64,000 bases of DNA from Candidatus Gottesmanbacteria bacterium (GCA_030679255.1 JAUXTO010000022.1:915-64914); one strand, 5' to 3'; positions 10,151-20,745 are shown, numbered from the stretch's first letter. The notes: generated by a model not told the origin, from the sequence alone. Made by a program: numbers and translations.

Positions 10151-11554
10151 ATGAATAACGAAACAGCAGTTCATAATCTAGAAAGCAAAAAATTTGCCTC
10201 TGTCATCAAATCAATAGGAAATAATAATCTTGTTAATCTCAAGGTAATCGAACAAACCATAAGTGCGGCAAACGCATCACAGCTCCTGATTCTTAAACGG
10301 AAAAATGTTATTACCGATGAGGAGTATAGAGATCTCCGACAAAAACTCAGTGAAAAACAATCTGCAGAAGAAAAGAGCCGTATAGACGCTCTCAATAATA
10401 AAATGCACGGAAGCGATCAACAATCCAACACTCAACCTGAAAAAACAACAGAAAAAAAGATAGAACACGAAATTCAAAACGTTTCTTACACCGAATTAAG
10501 CACGATGCTAGGATCGGGCGTTATTTCTCTAGAACGATACGATGCTGAATTAAAACGTCGCAAAGATGATCCGATGACGCTGTCCATGGCAAACCCTCCT
10601 ACCGGCATTCCCGTCGAACGCCGCAACTACTCACCTACTAAAGCCAAAGATTTTATTACGCAAAATGTTCCACTCAGTCAACAAAAAGGACTCTTAGATG
10701 AATTGCAAAATTTTAAAAAAGAAGGCGAGTACTATAGCGTATCCATCAGAAAAGACAATAGAGGCTATGGCTTAGTACGCTTTGAACTCCCCAACCCCTG
10801 GACTTACGTCAAAAAAAACGCCGAACAATCCGTCACGCAATCGGTTCGTCATGAATTAGGCAAAGGGGGCAACCGTCTCATTAACCCCGACTACGTGCAC
10901 AATGAAATGATCAATCAATATAAACTCGTCCGCGATGCCCTCCCCGCGGGCACGACAACTCACAAACTATTGGAAAAAACCGATAAAATCGTCACAGTCG
11001 CCCTCACCGGCGCGGGACTCACTGTGGAAGCGGTCAATCTCTTGGTCAACGCCGTCCGCGGCGCGCTCCTCGAGTCACCTCAATTAAAATATAAAGTTGC
11101 CGCTCTCATCCCCGACGACCTGGTCCGCCAGGGAGCCACCGTAAATACACGGCTGCTTGGGAATAATTTGCGTACATTTATCCATAAAAAATATAATCTC
11201 CCCGACCGTCCCCGCCACACACCGGTCCTCGTCAACACCCTCGACCAAATCAAGCCAGAGCATTACCGCGCCCAGGATGCCCAAAAGGTCGGCATCACGA
11301 TGCGCGATCTGACCCGCGAGAATGCCATTAAATTTATTCATGAAAATGTTCCGGTAGAAAAGCAGGAAAGCGCCATCGAAACGATTAACCGCCTGCAGGG
11401 AAATCAATTTGGGGTTTCTATCATGGATTCCGGCTGGGTCCGGATCGATGCATCAGCACGTGAACCCAGGACATACGATAATCGCCCACAGTACGATAAT
11501 CGCCAAAAGTGGGTCGGCTCTTTTGATGCCTCAGTGGCCACCAAGATGCCCTAA
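10151..11554 (+). CDS. Hypothetical protein (467 aa)
   Basis: Long ORF with coding-like composition; no recognised motif. Confidence 0.55.
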   Translation: MNNETAVHNLESKKFASVIKSIGNNNLVNLKVIEQTISAANASQLLILKRKNVITDEEYRDLRQKLSEKQSAEEKSRIDALNNKMHGSDQQSNTQPEKTTEKKIEHEIQNVSYTELSTMLGSGVISLERYDAELKRRKDDPMTLSMANPPTGIPVERRNYSPTKAKDFITQNVPLSQQKGLLDELQNFKKEGEYYSVSIRKDNRGYGLVRFELPNPWTYVKKNAEQSVTQSVRHELGKGGNRLINPDYVHNEMINQYKLVRDALPAGTTTHKLLEKTDKIVTVALTGAGLTVEAVNLLVNAVRGALLESPQLKYKVAALIPDDLVRQGATVNTRLLGNNLRTFIHKKYNLPDRPRHTPVLVNTLDQIKPEHYRAQDAQKVGITMRDLTRENAIKFIHENVPVEKQESAIETINRLQGNQFGVSIMDSGWVRIDASAREPRTYDNRPQYDNRQKWVGSFDASVATKMP

Positions 11555-11580
11555 TTATCTTTCTGTTTATTTATTGCGAG

Positions 11581-11627
11581 TATTTGTAGTATTGGTAGTA
11601 TTTGAGATTGGTAGTATTGGTAGTATT
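11581..11627. repeat. TTGGTAGTATT tandem-repeat array (intergenic)
   Basis: tatttgtagtattggtagtatttgagattggtagtattggtagtatt. Other arrays: 6593-6620, 15911-15974, 21561-21583, 21651-21683, 24294-24333, 35564-35626 (inside trxB), 55566-55618, 62596-62650. Confidence 0.85.
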
Positions 11628-11904
11628 AATTTATTATTGTCTTGACCCCCAACCGTATCTTCTCCACCGCCTCCCGGACCGCTGGCGCGTTCCCGTCATC
11701 AGAAAGGATCCCTGCAAGCTCTTTATTCACCGCCGCCTGATACTTGGCCAACAATGCCTGATACTTCTCCTCATGCCGCGTTAAAACCTCGTCAAGCTTG
11801 GCGATCTCCTCCTCACTACACCCATCTACCTCCACCAGCAAATTAATTTTCTGCTGATCACTAAGAAGATGCGAGTGTTGTATTGTTTGTTTTATTGTAT
11901 TCAT
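11626..11904 (-). CDS. Small helical protein, paralog family A
   Basis: 92 aa; LLSDQQKINLLVEVDG...; C-terminal EKIRLGVKTI matches family A (AQIKTGVDAL / AKIRTGLNDV). Confidence 0.6.
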   Translation of the reverse strand: MNTIKQTIQHSHLLSDQQKINLLVEVDGCSEEEIAKLDEVLTRHEEKYQALLAKYQAAVNKELAGILSDDGNAPAVREAVEKIRLGVKTIIN

Positions 11905-12024
11905 AAAATCATCCCCGCGCCCTCATTGTCATCCCCGCGCGAGGCCGGGGATCCAGTGTCCAAAGCCTGGCTTTAGCCTTGGAAAGCCTGGCTTTGTCTC
12001 TTCAAAGCCACTTCCTTGGCGCTT

Positions 12025-12996
12025 TCACTCATCTTTCCCCATCTTCTCATACAACTCCAAAAACCTCTCCTGCTTATCTCTCTTGGCAGCTCCCATGGTC
12101 TTCGCCTTTTTCGCCTCCTCCAAGAGCGCATCCACTTTCATGGCTCCCCCGCTTTTGCGTGCACTCCGTATCTCCCCGACCGCCCGTATGTATGCCGACA
12201 CTCCTTCGACCACCTGCGCCGCTCCAAAAAGCGTCACGGGATTAGAAAAGTCTGCGACTTTCCCTGCCGCGAAACCAAATTCTGACAACCTACTCTTCTT
12301 CTGAGTTGTTTCAGAATTATCGGATTGAGCCCCGATCTTTTTCTCTTCAACGCTATTTGCTCTAAACTCCCTTATTACCTTTTCAGATGTATCTTTTGTT
12401 TCATTGACCTCTATTAAATAGGATGCATCTTTTGGCTTATTCAATCCCTTTCTCGCTGCCCAATCAAGTACGTTTACCATGGCCGAAGAAACTAAATATG
12501 AAGAAGGTATTTGCGGTAATCCCTTTCCGATAAATTCATTCCCTTTTTGATACATGACGAATGTTGCGCTATCAGCAATTACTTCCTGCGCGAGGGAACC
12601 ACCAAAGAGCTTCTTTACTTGCGCAATGCTTGCTTCATTTCCGACCGGTATCTTAGACAACACCATGTTGAGCGCCATTCCGAGTGCTGCTTCAGATAGA
12701 TACTCCAGTCCTCCGCCTATGGCGCCCGCGGTCAACGCTTTTCCAACTCTCGTCGACGCTATCTCCCCCAATTCCTTTTTCGCTGCAAGATTCGCTTTGC
12801 TCAAGTCTCCCAAAAATTCCATCGTCGCCCCGACGACACCCGCTACCCGCGCCTCCTCAGGCCTCCTCCTCTCCGAATCCCCAATCTTCACCACATCAAC
12901 TCCCGGGACCGTCTTCATCTCCGGTTTCCCCGCCTCCACCACTGGTAATTGTCCTATAGATTGCTCTCCCATATTTTCAGCCTTGAAGGGTCTCAC
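12025..12996 (-). CDS. Hypothetical protein (323 aa)
   Basis: Long ORF in the island; no known motif. Confidence 0.55.
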   Translation of the reverse strand: MRPFKAENMGEQSIGQLPVVEAGKPEMKTVPGVDVVKIGDSERRRPEEARVAGVVGATMEFLGDLSKANLAAKKELGEIASTRVGKALTAGAIGGGLEYLSEAALGMALNMVLSKIPVGNEASIAQVKKLFGGSLAQEVIADSATFVMYQKGNEFIGKGLPQIPSSYLVSSAMVNVLDWAARKGLNKPKDASYLIEVNETKDTSEKVIREFRANSVEEKKIGAQSDNSETTQKKSRLSEFGFAAGKVADFSNPVTLFGAAQVVEGVSAYIRAVGEIRSARKSGGAMKVDALLEEAKKAKTMGAAKRDKQERFLELYEKMGKDE

Positions 12997-13022
12997 CTTT
13001 TAAGGCTAGATTTCACCAAGCC

Positions 13023-13316
13023 TCACACTATCGGCTTGCCTACCCCGACGTAGACCTTATCAAGCTCACTGAGCTTTTCCGTTTTTGATGCTTCAGGCTT
13101 CCAAGTTTTGACCGTCTCCATGATCTCCCCAACATTCCCACGTATGCCCGTTTCATTCTTCAAAATGAAGTCATGTTCTTCTGCCAAAAACCGCCCCAAC
13201 TCCTCCACATCCCCACCACTCATGGCGTTCACGCGATCTAACAAAATAAGCTTATCCTCGTTGGGGAGAATAAAGCTATTGCGGATAAGTTTCACCAATG
13301 CAATTTTTTTGTTCAT
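13023..13316 (-). CDS. Small helical protein, paralog family A
   Basis: 97 aa; ILPNEDKLILLDRVNAMSGGDVEEL; 3-nt gap to the 13319..14269 gene. Confidence 0.6.
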   Translation of the reverse strand: MNKKIALVKLIRNSFILPNEDKLILLDRVNAMSGGDVEELGRFLAEEHDFILKNETGIRGNVGEIMETVKTWKPEASKTEKLSELDKVYVGVGKPIV

Positions 13317-13318
13317 AA

Positions 13319-14269
13319 TTACCCCGCAACCGGCTGAGCAAACACAGCCGCCGCTTGTGCCACATCTGGCTTTTTCACTTCCTTGATTTTTCCATCAAAC
13401 CGTTTCATCACGACTTTCCCCATATCGAGTACTAAATTACGGGCAGTGATCTGCCATTCATTATAATTGTGAGCAAGTTGCCAAACTGCCGGCACAATGT
13501 TTGCTCCAGGTAACACAAACTCCGCAAATCCAGCAACTAACGCGAGTTTTTGCGGCACATCAGGATACGGATCAATTTTATGCATCAGATGAAGTCCTCC
13601 ACTGATCACCACATCTTTCCCTAATTGTTTTTTCGCTCCGGAGTATGTCCCTTGGGCCTCTTTCATCATATCGTTTATTGCCCGCTCAGTTCGTTTTGCA
13701 TTTGGCCCTGTTACCCCGACCTTCTCTAGACGAGCAACTATTTTTGCTGTGTTGCCAACTTCCTCTATTTCTTTCCGCGCTCCCCACGCTTCTTGTGCTG
13801 AATGAATCGGATCCGCCGCCAAATGAATAGGGTTTCGTGGTATAGCTTTTAACGTCTCCCACAATTTACCCCTCGCCGCAGTTTGAACTACCTTTGCTGC
13901 TGTTTTTTCCGCTGCCGCCGCACCTCTTAACCCCCACGCAGCTTTCTCAGCCGTTAACGCCACCTTTCCTGCTTCTGCAGCTGCTCCGAATTTTACGAGA
14001 GTCCCTGTTGTACCAAGAAGTGGAACCAAAGAAAGTCCGCCCGCAGCTGTTGCTTTTGCGTTTTTCCAGGTAATCTCTCCAAATGTTTTTCCATGTGTTT
14101 TCATCACATTCCACATCTCCTGCACCATCCCCACTTCTCCCGCCGCGTCGGCGGTAGATTGTGCAGGCTCCTTCATATCCAGCTCAATTTGTGTGCGTGC
14201 TTCCGCCACCTCTTGCTTTAGAGTGTCCGCCTCGGCAATTTTCTCCATTTCTGATACCTGCTCTTCCAT
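13319..14269 (-). CDS. Hypothetical protein (316 aa), Ala/Gly-rich
   Basis: Long ORF; weak resemblance to 30317..31180 (GTTGTL segment, C-terminal ...AG). Confidence 0.55.
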   Translation of the reverse strand: MEEQVSEMEKIAEADTLKQEVAEARTQIELDMKEPAQSTADAAGEVGMVQEMWNVMKTHGKTFGEITWKNAKATAAGGLSLVPLLGTTGTLVKFGAAAEAGKVALTAEKAAWGLRGAAAAEKTAAKVVQTAARGKLWETLKAIPRNPIHLAADPIHSAQEAWGARKEIEEVGNTAKIVARLEKVGVTGPNAKRTERAINDMMKEAQGTYSGAKKQLGKDVVISGGLHLMHKIDPYPDVPQKLALVAGFAEFVLPGANIVPAVWQLAHNYNEWQITARNLVLDMGKVVMKRFDGKIKEVKKPDVAQAAAVFAQPVAG

Positions 14270-14291
14270 ATATTCGTTTATTGGTAGTATT

Positions 14292-14360
14292 GTCCCGCTG
14301 CTGACCCCCGATCTTTATCGGATTACAGCAGCGTGGATCCCGCTTCGCGGGAGCAGTATT
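14292..14360. repeat. ~70-nt hairpin-forming repeat element, copy 2
   Basis: GTCCCGCTGCTG...CAGCAGCGTGGATCCCGCTTCGCGGGAGCAGTATT; abuts the stop of 14360..14866. Confidence 0.8.
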
Positions 14361-14866
14361 TATTTCTTGGTCTCCGCCCTCGCCATCCCGACGAGGATCT
14401 GATGCGAATTCTCAAGGGTCGCCTTGGCCGGAGCCGGCCGCCGTTCTCCGAGTATCCCATCGACGATCCCATCTACAGTCCGCACTCCCATCTGCACCGG
14501 CCCGGACTCCACCACTTTTTCCGCCATAAAGCCGACGACTTTTTCTTTTAATTGACTGAACTTTTCTGGAAAAAATGTGACAAAAGACATTCCGGGTATT
14601 CTTTTCGCAAACTCAAGCACTGTTGCAAAAGCAGCTTGCGGTACTTTCACCGCATCCACGGCGAGTCCTATCGCGTCCTTTGCCCGCCCCTCTGGAAGGG
14701 CGGCATTGACCCGCTCGCAATTTCTCGCCTGCTCCCGTACTACAGGATTTTCATTGATGTACCCGTTCAGGACCCCCCGCACTGCTTCCCGCACGCCCGA
14801 TTTTGCCCGTTCAGGATTGAGGGGTGTCTGTTCTTGAGGAGATAATCCTTCCCGGTCTTCTGCCAT
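14360..14866 (-). CDS. Hypothetical protein (168 aa)
   Basis: ORF; the stop abuts copy 2 of the hairpin element. Confidence 0.5.
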   Translation of the reverse strand: MAEDREGLSPQEQTPLNPERAKSGVREAVRGVLNGYINENPVVREQARNCERVNAALPEGRAKDAIGLAVDAVKVPQAAFATVLEFAKRIPGMSFVTFFPEKFSQLKEKVVGFMAEKVVESGPVQMGVRTVDGIVDGILGERRPAPAKATLENSHQILVGMARAETKK

Positions 14867-15003
14867 ACTACCAGCCTACGGCAAAAGAGACCTATCGGTC
14901 AATAGTTCGCATAAAAAAAGCTAAGCTTTGATCTTCAAAAAGCTTAGCTTTGTAAAACAGCGTAGGATACCTAGATCACGTAGGAAACGTAGATTCTGAA
15001 GTC

Positions 15004-15810
15004 TTACGAAGTCGTTACCGCCTCACCCGTCGTCGTATTCACCATAGCAGATGCCATCGCCAAATCCGGCACAACATAGATCATCGTCGTTTCGCGGGTC
15101 AACGTCGGTTCTTTCTGATCTTTCGGCTTATTGGCTTTCACAAACTCATCTTGCGTGCCGGCTACCACAGCCTTGTATGCACGATACCAATCCATGACGG
15201 CCATCCGCGCCTCATCTGCCCCCAGCGCCGTCACCGGATTGATGTAGTCAAGGAGGGATTTTTTCTGTGTCGTTTCCTCTGTCACGATAATCGTTGTTTT
15301 AGGTGTTGATATTTCATCACTCGAAGGAACTTGTTCATCAATGTGAGCTGCTGCTAAAACTGCTGATGTCGCAGCCGCCGATGCATTATCAATAGCAGTC
15401 TTGGTTTCAGTTTTCGACTTTCTCCAAGATTTTATTCTTCCCCCTACCCCTTCCGCGCCGGACACGAGGATCGTTCCAAGGGTCGATGTGGTCAAATGAC
15501 GCAGTTTAAGCTTTGGAAGCGGCTCGTTCAGTTGTTTATTTGCCACAGCATAAACGACGGCCACGACGCCATCTTCCAATAATTCTTGAAATAATGTAGG
15601 GAGCGTGTCAAATTTTATCGAAGGAAATTTTTCTTGTATTAATGCTGTACTACCGCTGGAAATCATTTCCAGCGCGACACCGGTGACTGTTATCGCAGCA
15701 GCTCCACCCACGCGAGTGAGTGGTTTAGCGCCATCTACATGAATTTTACCGGCGAGTTGGTGTGCACTCAATACGTCTTGAAGAACGGATCGTTCTGGGC
15801 TTTTTGCCAT
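15004..15810 (-). CDS. Hypothetical protein (268 aa)
   Basis: ORF in the island. Confidence 0.5.
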   Translation of the reverse strand: MAKSPERSVLQDVLSAHQLAGKIHVDGAKPLTRVGGAAAITVTGVALEMISSGSTALIQEKFPSIKFDTLPTLFQELLEDGVVAVVYAVANKQLNEPLPKLKLRHLTTSTLGTILVSGAEGVGGRIKSWRKSKTETKTAIDNASAAATSAVLAAAHIDEQVPSSDEISTPKTTIIVTEETTQKKSLLDYINPVTALGADEARMAVMDWYRAYKAVVAGTQDEFVKANKPKDQKEPTLTRETTMIYVVPDLAMASAMVNTTTGEAVTTS

Positions 15811-15925
15811 AATGCAGGGGACTATATCACACTATGGGCCATCCTGTCAAACCAAACCCCTCCTACCCTCTCCTACCTTCTCCTAATTCCCCTTATCTTC
15901 TTCTATTGGACTGTTGGTAATATTT

Positions 15926-18391
15926 CTACTTGGTAGTATTGGTAGTATTTGAAATTTGTTTATTGGTAGTATTGTAATCCCCCTCCCCCACCAAGACCTG
16001 CCCGTCAACGAGTGGCGGCTTCTTATTAAGCTCGCTAAAGTCCACCACGCGCTCGGCTATCGTCTCAAATACCGGATCATGGGTGATGGCCACGACCGTC
16101 ATACCGGGCCGTTTCCTCCGCAATTCTTGTATAATTTCCATGACCTGATGCCCTGTTTGTACATCCAAATTGCTCGTCGGTTCATCCAAAAATAGTACCT
16201 TCGGATCTTTGATGAGCGCACGGGCAATCCCGATGAGCCTCTTCTCTCCACCGGAAAAGTGTGCGTGCTTCTCGTCAAGCTTGTCGCTAAACTTCCCCAT
16301 CCCGAGTTCATTGAGGGTATCCCGTAGCCGTTCGTCCGAAATCTTTCTACGTGACCAAAGCAAGAGATTCTCCCGTATCGTCATGTGGGGCAAGATGTGG
16401 GGCTCCTGATTGGCATACCCGATCACCCGCTGGAATGCCTGATCCCCATATTGCTTTATGCCGTCTATCGGTACTCCTCCATAGGTCACCGCTCCGCTTT
16501 CTTTCCCATAAAGCCCCATGAGGTGACGCAGAAGTGTCGTCTTCCCGCTTCCCTTCTCACCTTTGATGGTCAGAAACGTCCCCTGTGGAATATCCAGAGA
16601 AACGTCGTGAAGAATATTCTTATACGATACATTTTTGACCGTTATATCCAGATTTTTCAAAGAATCCACGCCCACCCGCGCTATTTCTTTCGGCCCGTCC
16701 GGTCGGTCAAGGGCATCCTGCGATCCCAAGAATTCTTCAAATTTGCGGGCTTCCGTCACTGCGGTTCTCAAGGTCCCGGTATAAAGCCCAACGAGCGAGG
16801 CGATATTCCCTTTGAGAATTTCCTGATTGCGCGAGGATGACAGCGCGCTTTCCAGTATCTCACTGCCTTTGATGATGTAGTCAGGAGGTCCCATCGTTTT
16901 TATATTTCCTAGCCTCGATGGTACTCGAGCAACATTGTTCAACGATTGTTTCGCGCCCCGGACTCTATCTTTTGGCCACCCCGCTATATTCTGTAGTATT
17001 CCTTGACGAGCTTCCGACGGCACTACATCATCAGATCCTCCATTTTGTATGAGTCGCCAAAGAGCGCTCGCCACAGGCGTCCCGTAGTCAAACGCCCGCG
17101 TCACCCGGACGTGTCCCTTTTCGCTTGCCGTCAGCGCCCGCTCTTTGCCCCTCAGCACGTCATCACGGTTATCAAATGCATCCCGAAGTTCCTTTGCCGC
17201 TGTCTCCACATCATCGGTTTTGACGACTTCTGCAGACCCGAGGATCCCTACGATGGTTGACTCTATGGCTGCCCGCTTTTTCCCTTCTTCCTTTCCCCAC
17301 TTTATCGACTCATCAATATGCTCTTTAGCAGCACTCAAGATGAACGGTACACGAAGCAAACTTAACACCCCTCCAACCATATCCATCCGTGCAAATTGAG
17401 ATGCGACGGACATGCCTGTGGCGATGAGCCGCGGCACGATGTCGATATGATGATGCGCAATGAGGGTCGTCACTGCCCAACGCCCGCGTTCAATCTTATT
17501 GATAAGCTCCCCAGCAGAAGCATCATGAAGAAACTCAAAATCCCGCATGAGGATCGAGTCGGAAATGCGCCGGTTAAGGGATCGGTTCACCTCTCCCATC
17601 CCTTCCCGGAACTTCTCATGCGCTTTTCCCTGCAGTTGCCCGAGAGGAATGGCCGAAAGCGAAAAAAGCAGTGGGAGTTGATCCATGATCAAACGCTGAG
17701 CGTAAGGAATTTTTAACCCATCAATTTTACCTGGATTTAATCCGTTAGCCAGTGCCTTCTGGGTTTCATGGCGTAATGCAGCGTTACTCAATGGGACTTC
17801 GGTAATTACAGGAATGCCAGCATCAAGCGCAACCATTGAATTTTGTTCTTGAATATTTTTCCTCATATCCTCCCGACGTATCCTATTCACCCAATGCCAC
17901 GCCACGTACTGCGGCCCGATGCCGTTAATGGCGGCTGTCGCGATGAGCGCTCCCTGCCAGACGCGCAATTTCGGTCCGGCGTTGGTAGAGAATCCATATT
18001 TATCCGATACATCCTTGACGACCGACCGGTACTCGGGCAGCCATTGGAGAAATTCCGAGAATCCGTTTTGGGTTTTGGCGTCTATCCCCCCTGGTTCCCG
18101 TACCGCGCGGGACGTTTGACCAAAGAAGCTCTTGGCATTCTTCCGCCATCCTTTATCTTCTTTCGGAGTGAATGTAATGCCCTGCGTTGCTAAATCGCGG
18201 GCAACAGAATCCAGAAGGGTGTTGGATTGATCCGCTTCAATCGCCTTGCCCGCCATCATTGCTTCGGCGACTGCTTTGGACGCATCCAATGACTCTTGGG
18301 ATATTTCGGTCTTTGGCCCCTCTTCCTGCGGTTTTTCCGGATTGTTTGGTAGTGGGACTACCTCAGGAGTTTTACGTTCTAATTCGCTCAT
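15926..18391 (-). CDS. ABC exporter-type fusion protein (membrane domain + ATP-binding cassette)
   Basis: Walker A GEKGSGKTT, signature FSGGEKRLIGIARAL, Walker B VLFLDEPTSNLD, H-loop ITHD. The N-terminal half has hydrophobic segments and an MsbA-like coupling motif ILMRDFEFLHDASAGELINKIERG. The C-terminal tail YNTTNKQISNTTNTTK is encoded by the TTGGTAGTATT repeat array. Confidence 0.8.
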   Translation of the reverse strand: MSELERKTPEVVPLPNNPEKPQEEGPKTEISQESLDASKAVAEAMMAGKAIEADQSNTLLDSVARDLATQGITFTPKEDKGWRKNAKSFFGQTSRAVREPGGIDAKTQNGFSEFLQWLPEYRSVVKDVSDKYGFSTNAGPKLRVWQGALIATAAINGIGPQYVAWHWVNRIRREDMRKNIQEQNSMVALDAGIPVITEVPLSNAALRHETQKALANGLNPGKIDGLKIPYAQRLIMDQLPLLFSLSAIPLGQLQGKAHEKFREGMGEVNRSLNRRISDSILMRDFEFLHDASAGELINKIERGRWAVTTLIAHHHIDIVPRLIATGMSVASQFARMDMVGGVLSLLRVPFILSAAKEHIDESIKWGKEEGKKRAAIESTIVGILGSAEVVKTDDVETAAKELRDAFDNRDDVLRGKERALTASEKGHVRVTRAFDYGTPVASALWRLIQNGGSDDVVPSEARQGILQNIAGWPKDRVRGAKQSLNNVARVPSRLGNIKTMGPPDYIIKGSEILESALSSSRNQEILKGNIASLVGLYTGTLRTAVTEARKFEEFLGSQDALDRPDGPKEIARVGVDSLKNLDITVKNVSYKNILHDVSLDIPQGTFLTIKGEKGSGKTTLLRHLMGLYGKESGAVTYGGVPIDGIKQYGDQAFQRVIGYANQEPHILPHMTIRENLLLWSRRKISDERLRDTLNELGMGKFSDKLDEKHAHFSGGEKRLIGIARALIKDPKVLFLDEPTSNLDVQTGHQVMEIIQELRRKRPGMTVVAITHDPVFETIAERVVDFSELNKKPPLVDGQVLVGEGDYNTTNKQISNTTNTTK

Positions 18392-18422
18392 AGTGCTGAT
18401 ATGAGCATATCATAGATAGAAG

Positions 18423-18716
18423 TTATGCAGAAAGCAGGGCGTCGACGCCGGTTTTTATCTGCGCCGTGGCCGCCTGCATGCTGGGGACATCTTCTGGTTT
18501 TTGTTTTGCAACAACACCATCCAGCGTCTCATACACGGCTTTTTTATAATCAGCAACAGCCTGGGTATGTGCCGCATCAAACTCATCAATAATCTTTTCA
18601 AGCGCCTGTATATCCGCCTCCCCATACCCATCCACGGCAACTAAGATGGCAATCTTATCCTCATCACTGAGGAGTGTGGTATTTTTAATCTTCTGTTTTA
18701 AATCCTGCATATTCAT
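18423..18716 (-). CDS. Small helical protein, paralog family A
   Basis: 97 aa; LLSDEDKIAILVAVDG...; preceded by a GGAGG-containing TAGGAGA repeat leader. Confidence 0.6.
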   Translation of the reverse strand: MNMQDLKQKIKNTTLLSDEDKIAILVAVDGYGEADIQALEKIIDEFDAAHTQAVADYKKAVYETLDGVVAKQKPEDVPSMQAATAQIKTGVDALLSA

Positions 18717-18790
18717 TCCCTCCTAACTCCTCCTAATTTCTCATAACTTCTCCTCATATCCCTTACGCTCCCGTAGCTTCCCGTAATCTC
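18717..18790. promoter_or_regulatory. TAGGAGA-type (SD-like) pyrimidine/purine repeat leader upstream of the family A gene; the 25-mer is shared with the acylphosphatase leader (40680-40715)
   Basis: The RC reads GAGAAGTTATGAGAAATTAGGAGGAGTTAGGAGGG, placing GGAGG ~7 nt before the ATG at 18716. The identical CCTAATTTCTCATAACTTCTC block occurs upstream of 40678. Similar arrays at 6700-6780, 15858-15905, 20490-20560, 21490-21560, 45120-45180 and 49240-49280. Confidence 0.55.
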
Positions 18791-18826
18791 GCGTTAATTT
18801 GTCACTTTGTCACTTTGTTAATGAGT

Positions 18827-19600
18827 TTACCCTTTCCTCATCTCCCACAGCCCCTTCCCCACAGCCCGCATTCCAGCGACAGATAGAGGATTAAACACTT
18901 CATTAAGAATAATTCTCCCAACAAATCCTCTTAGACCAATATTACGTCCATCTAATAGCATATTCATACCAGAAAGTCCTACATTACTTATTACCCAGTC
19001 ATACCATTTAACAGGTGGCAAATTATTTTTTGTAGCTATTTTTTTATTATGAACGAGTCCTGCAGTTTCAAAACCAATTGTTTCTCCGATCTTAGCACCA
19101 ACGACTGCCCCGCCCGTGCTGCCAATCACAGGTCCCATTGATGATAGTTGTCGAGGGTCAAATTCAAAACCCATTTCTTTGAATCTGGAGGCATCATCAG
19201 AATCTATAATACCTTGTAGCCTGGAACGGCCAAAATCGCTCTGAATAATTGATGGTCCAAATAAGCTTCCCCCAATCCCACCGACTATTGCACCCACCAA
19301 TCCACCCCCGACCGTCCACTTCAACTGTGACTTCACCGTCTCCCACACCCCAATTTTCATCTGATTAAGTCCTGCATCGACAAGTTCTTTTCCATGAAGT
19401 GCTTTAAGTTGAGTGGCCGCCATCTCTCGCGCATCCAGTTGATCTTTTTCAAATTCCTTGCCTGCTCTCTGCATCACCTCGACCACCTGTTTTTGTTCAG
19501 GATTAAGCATCATCTCATCCTTCGGCAGCGCTTCTCTCGTTTGCTTGGACGCATCCCCTTGCCCGACAAATTGTGGATTACTCGGAGTATTTTCACTCAT
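18827..19600 (-). CDS. Glycine-rich (glycine-zipper) hypothetical protein
   Basis: VGGGLVGAIVGGIGGSLFG; 257 aa. Confidence 0.55.
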   Translation of the reverse strand: MSENTPSNPQFVGQGDASKQTREALPKDEMMLNPEQKQVVEVMQRAGKEFEKDQLDAREMAATQLKALHGKELVDAGLNQMKIGVWETVKSQLKWTVGGGLVGAIVGGIGGSLFGPSIIQSDFGRSRLQGIIDSDDASRFKEMGFEFDPRQLSSMGPVIGSTGGAVVGAKIGETIGFETAGLVHNKKIATKNNLPPVKWYDWVISNVGLSGMNMLLDGRNIGLRGFVGRIILNEVFNPLSVAGMRAVGKGLWEMRKG

Positions 19601-19785
19601 ATACTGACAGTATCACACACACGCACAATTATTCAATACACCCGCATCTTCCCTTTTCCCCTTGTCTCCTCCATCCTCCATCCTATGTCGTATATCCTAA
19701 GTCCTACGTCTCCCCGGCTTCTATCCTATCTCTTACGTCCTACGTCCTATGTCTTACCCCTCCTATCCTCTCCTATCTTCCCCCA

Positions 19786-19830
19786 TTGGATTATTGGATT
19801 ATTGGATAATTGGATTATTGGTAATATTGA
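19786..19830. repeat. TTATTGGA tandem-repeat array (intergenic)
   Basis: ttggattattggattattggataattggattattgg; also at 20612-20640 and 26540-26590. Confidence 0.8.
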
Positions 19831-20449
19831 TTCCCATCCTTCCCTCATATTTGAGCGTTCCCCGCTCTTTATATTTTTCGTCCGATGCCAATCCCTTGCG
19901 TACCATTTCTTCATTGACTAATTTCCCCTCGCTACACCCCTTTGGGTTTTCCAAGAGCCCCTCCCGCGATGAGTTATAAGTCAGGTGCATATAGTCAGCC
20001 GGCAAGAAGGAGGGCTCCCGCTCGCAGCCCACCCATATCCAGGCGAGGATCCGCCCATATTTATCATCCTGGTACCGGTCGTACTCCAGGTACACCCGCT
20101 TGCGGTCAATCAATTCATCAAGCGCCACGCGCGCCTCATCCCATTTCGCTTCTCCCCTATTGGGCGCATCGATCCCGATCATCCGGACCCCAACGCCATT
20201 TTTTAGTTCGAATGTATCTCCATCAACGACGTGAGTAACTATCCCGCTTGACGGAAAAATAGTTTTAATCTCCTGATAATTCTTGACACTTGCAAGCTTG
20301 GTAGGATTCCACCCCAACGCCATAGCGATGAGGATCCCGGGGATAAGCACCGCCGGCAGACCCAGCGCGATAAGCCGCTTCCTCGTCCACCGTGTTCCTT
20401 TCGTCGTGATGGAAGTCGAATGGTGCTTTGCCATATCTGTAGTATACAA
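19799..20449 (-). CDS. Membrane-anchored thermonuclease (staphylococcal nuclease/SNase homolog)
   Basis: N-terminal TM helix, then VVDGDTFEL...VRMIGIDAPN...YGRILAWIWV, typical of the SNase fold. Confidence 0.75.
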   Translation of the reverse strand: MYTTDMAKHHSTSITTKGTRWTRKRLIALGLPAVLIPGILIAMALGWNPTKLASVKNYQEIKTIFPSSGIVTHVVDGDTFELKNGVGVRMIGIDAPNRGEAKWDEARVALDELIDRKRVYLEYDRYQDDKYGRILAWIWVGCEREPSFLPADYMHLTYNSSREGLLENPKGCSEGKLVNEEMVRKGLASDEKYKERGTLKYEGRMGINITNNPIIQ

Positions 20450-20745
20450 AAATGGACTCCACCTATGGAGTCCTCATTTTTCCGTTTCTATCTTCCCGCC
20501 TCTTATCCTCTCCTACCTTCTCCTATCTTCTCCTATCTTCTCCTAATTCCCCTTATTCGCCCGCCTCGCCCCGCGTAGCATTGGCGAAGTGGGGTATCTT
20601 CCCATCTGTATTTTATTGGATTATTGGCTTATTGGATTATTGCTTTCCCCTCCCCCTCCCGTCCCCCTCCCCCACCCACACCTGCTCCACCGGCTTCCGA
20701 TTTATCTCCTTAAAGTCCACAATCCGCTCGGCAATCGCCTCATCA

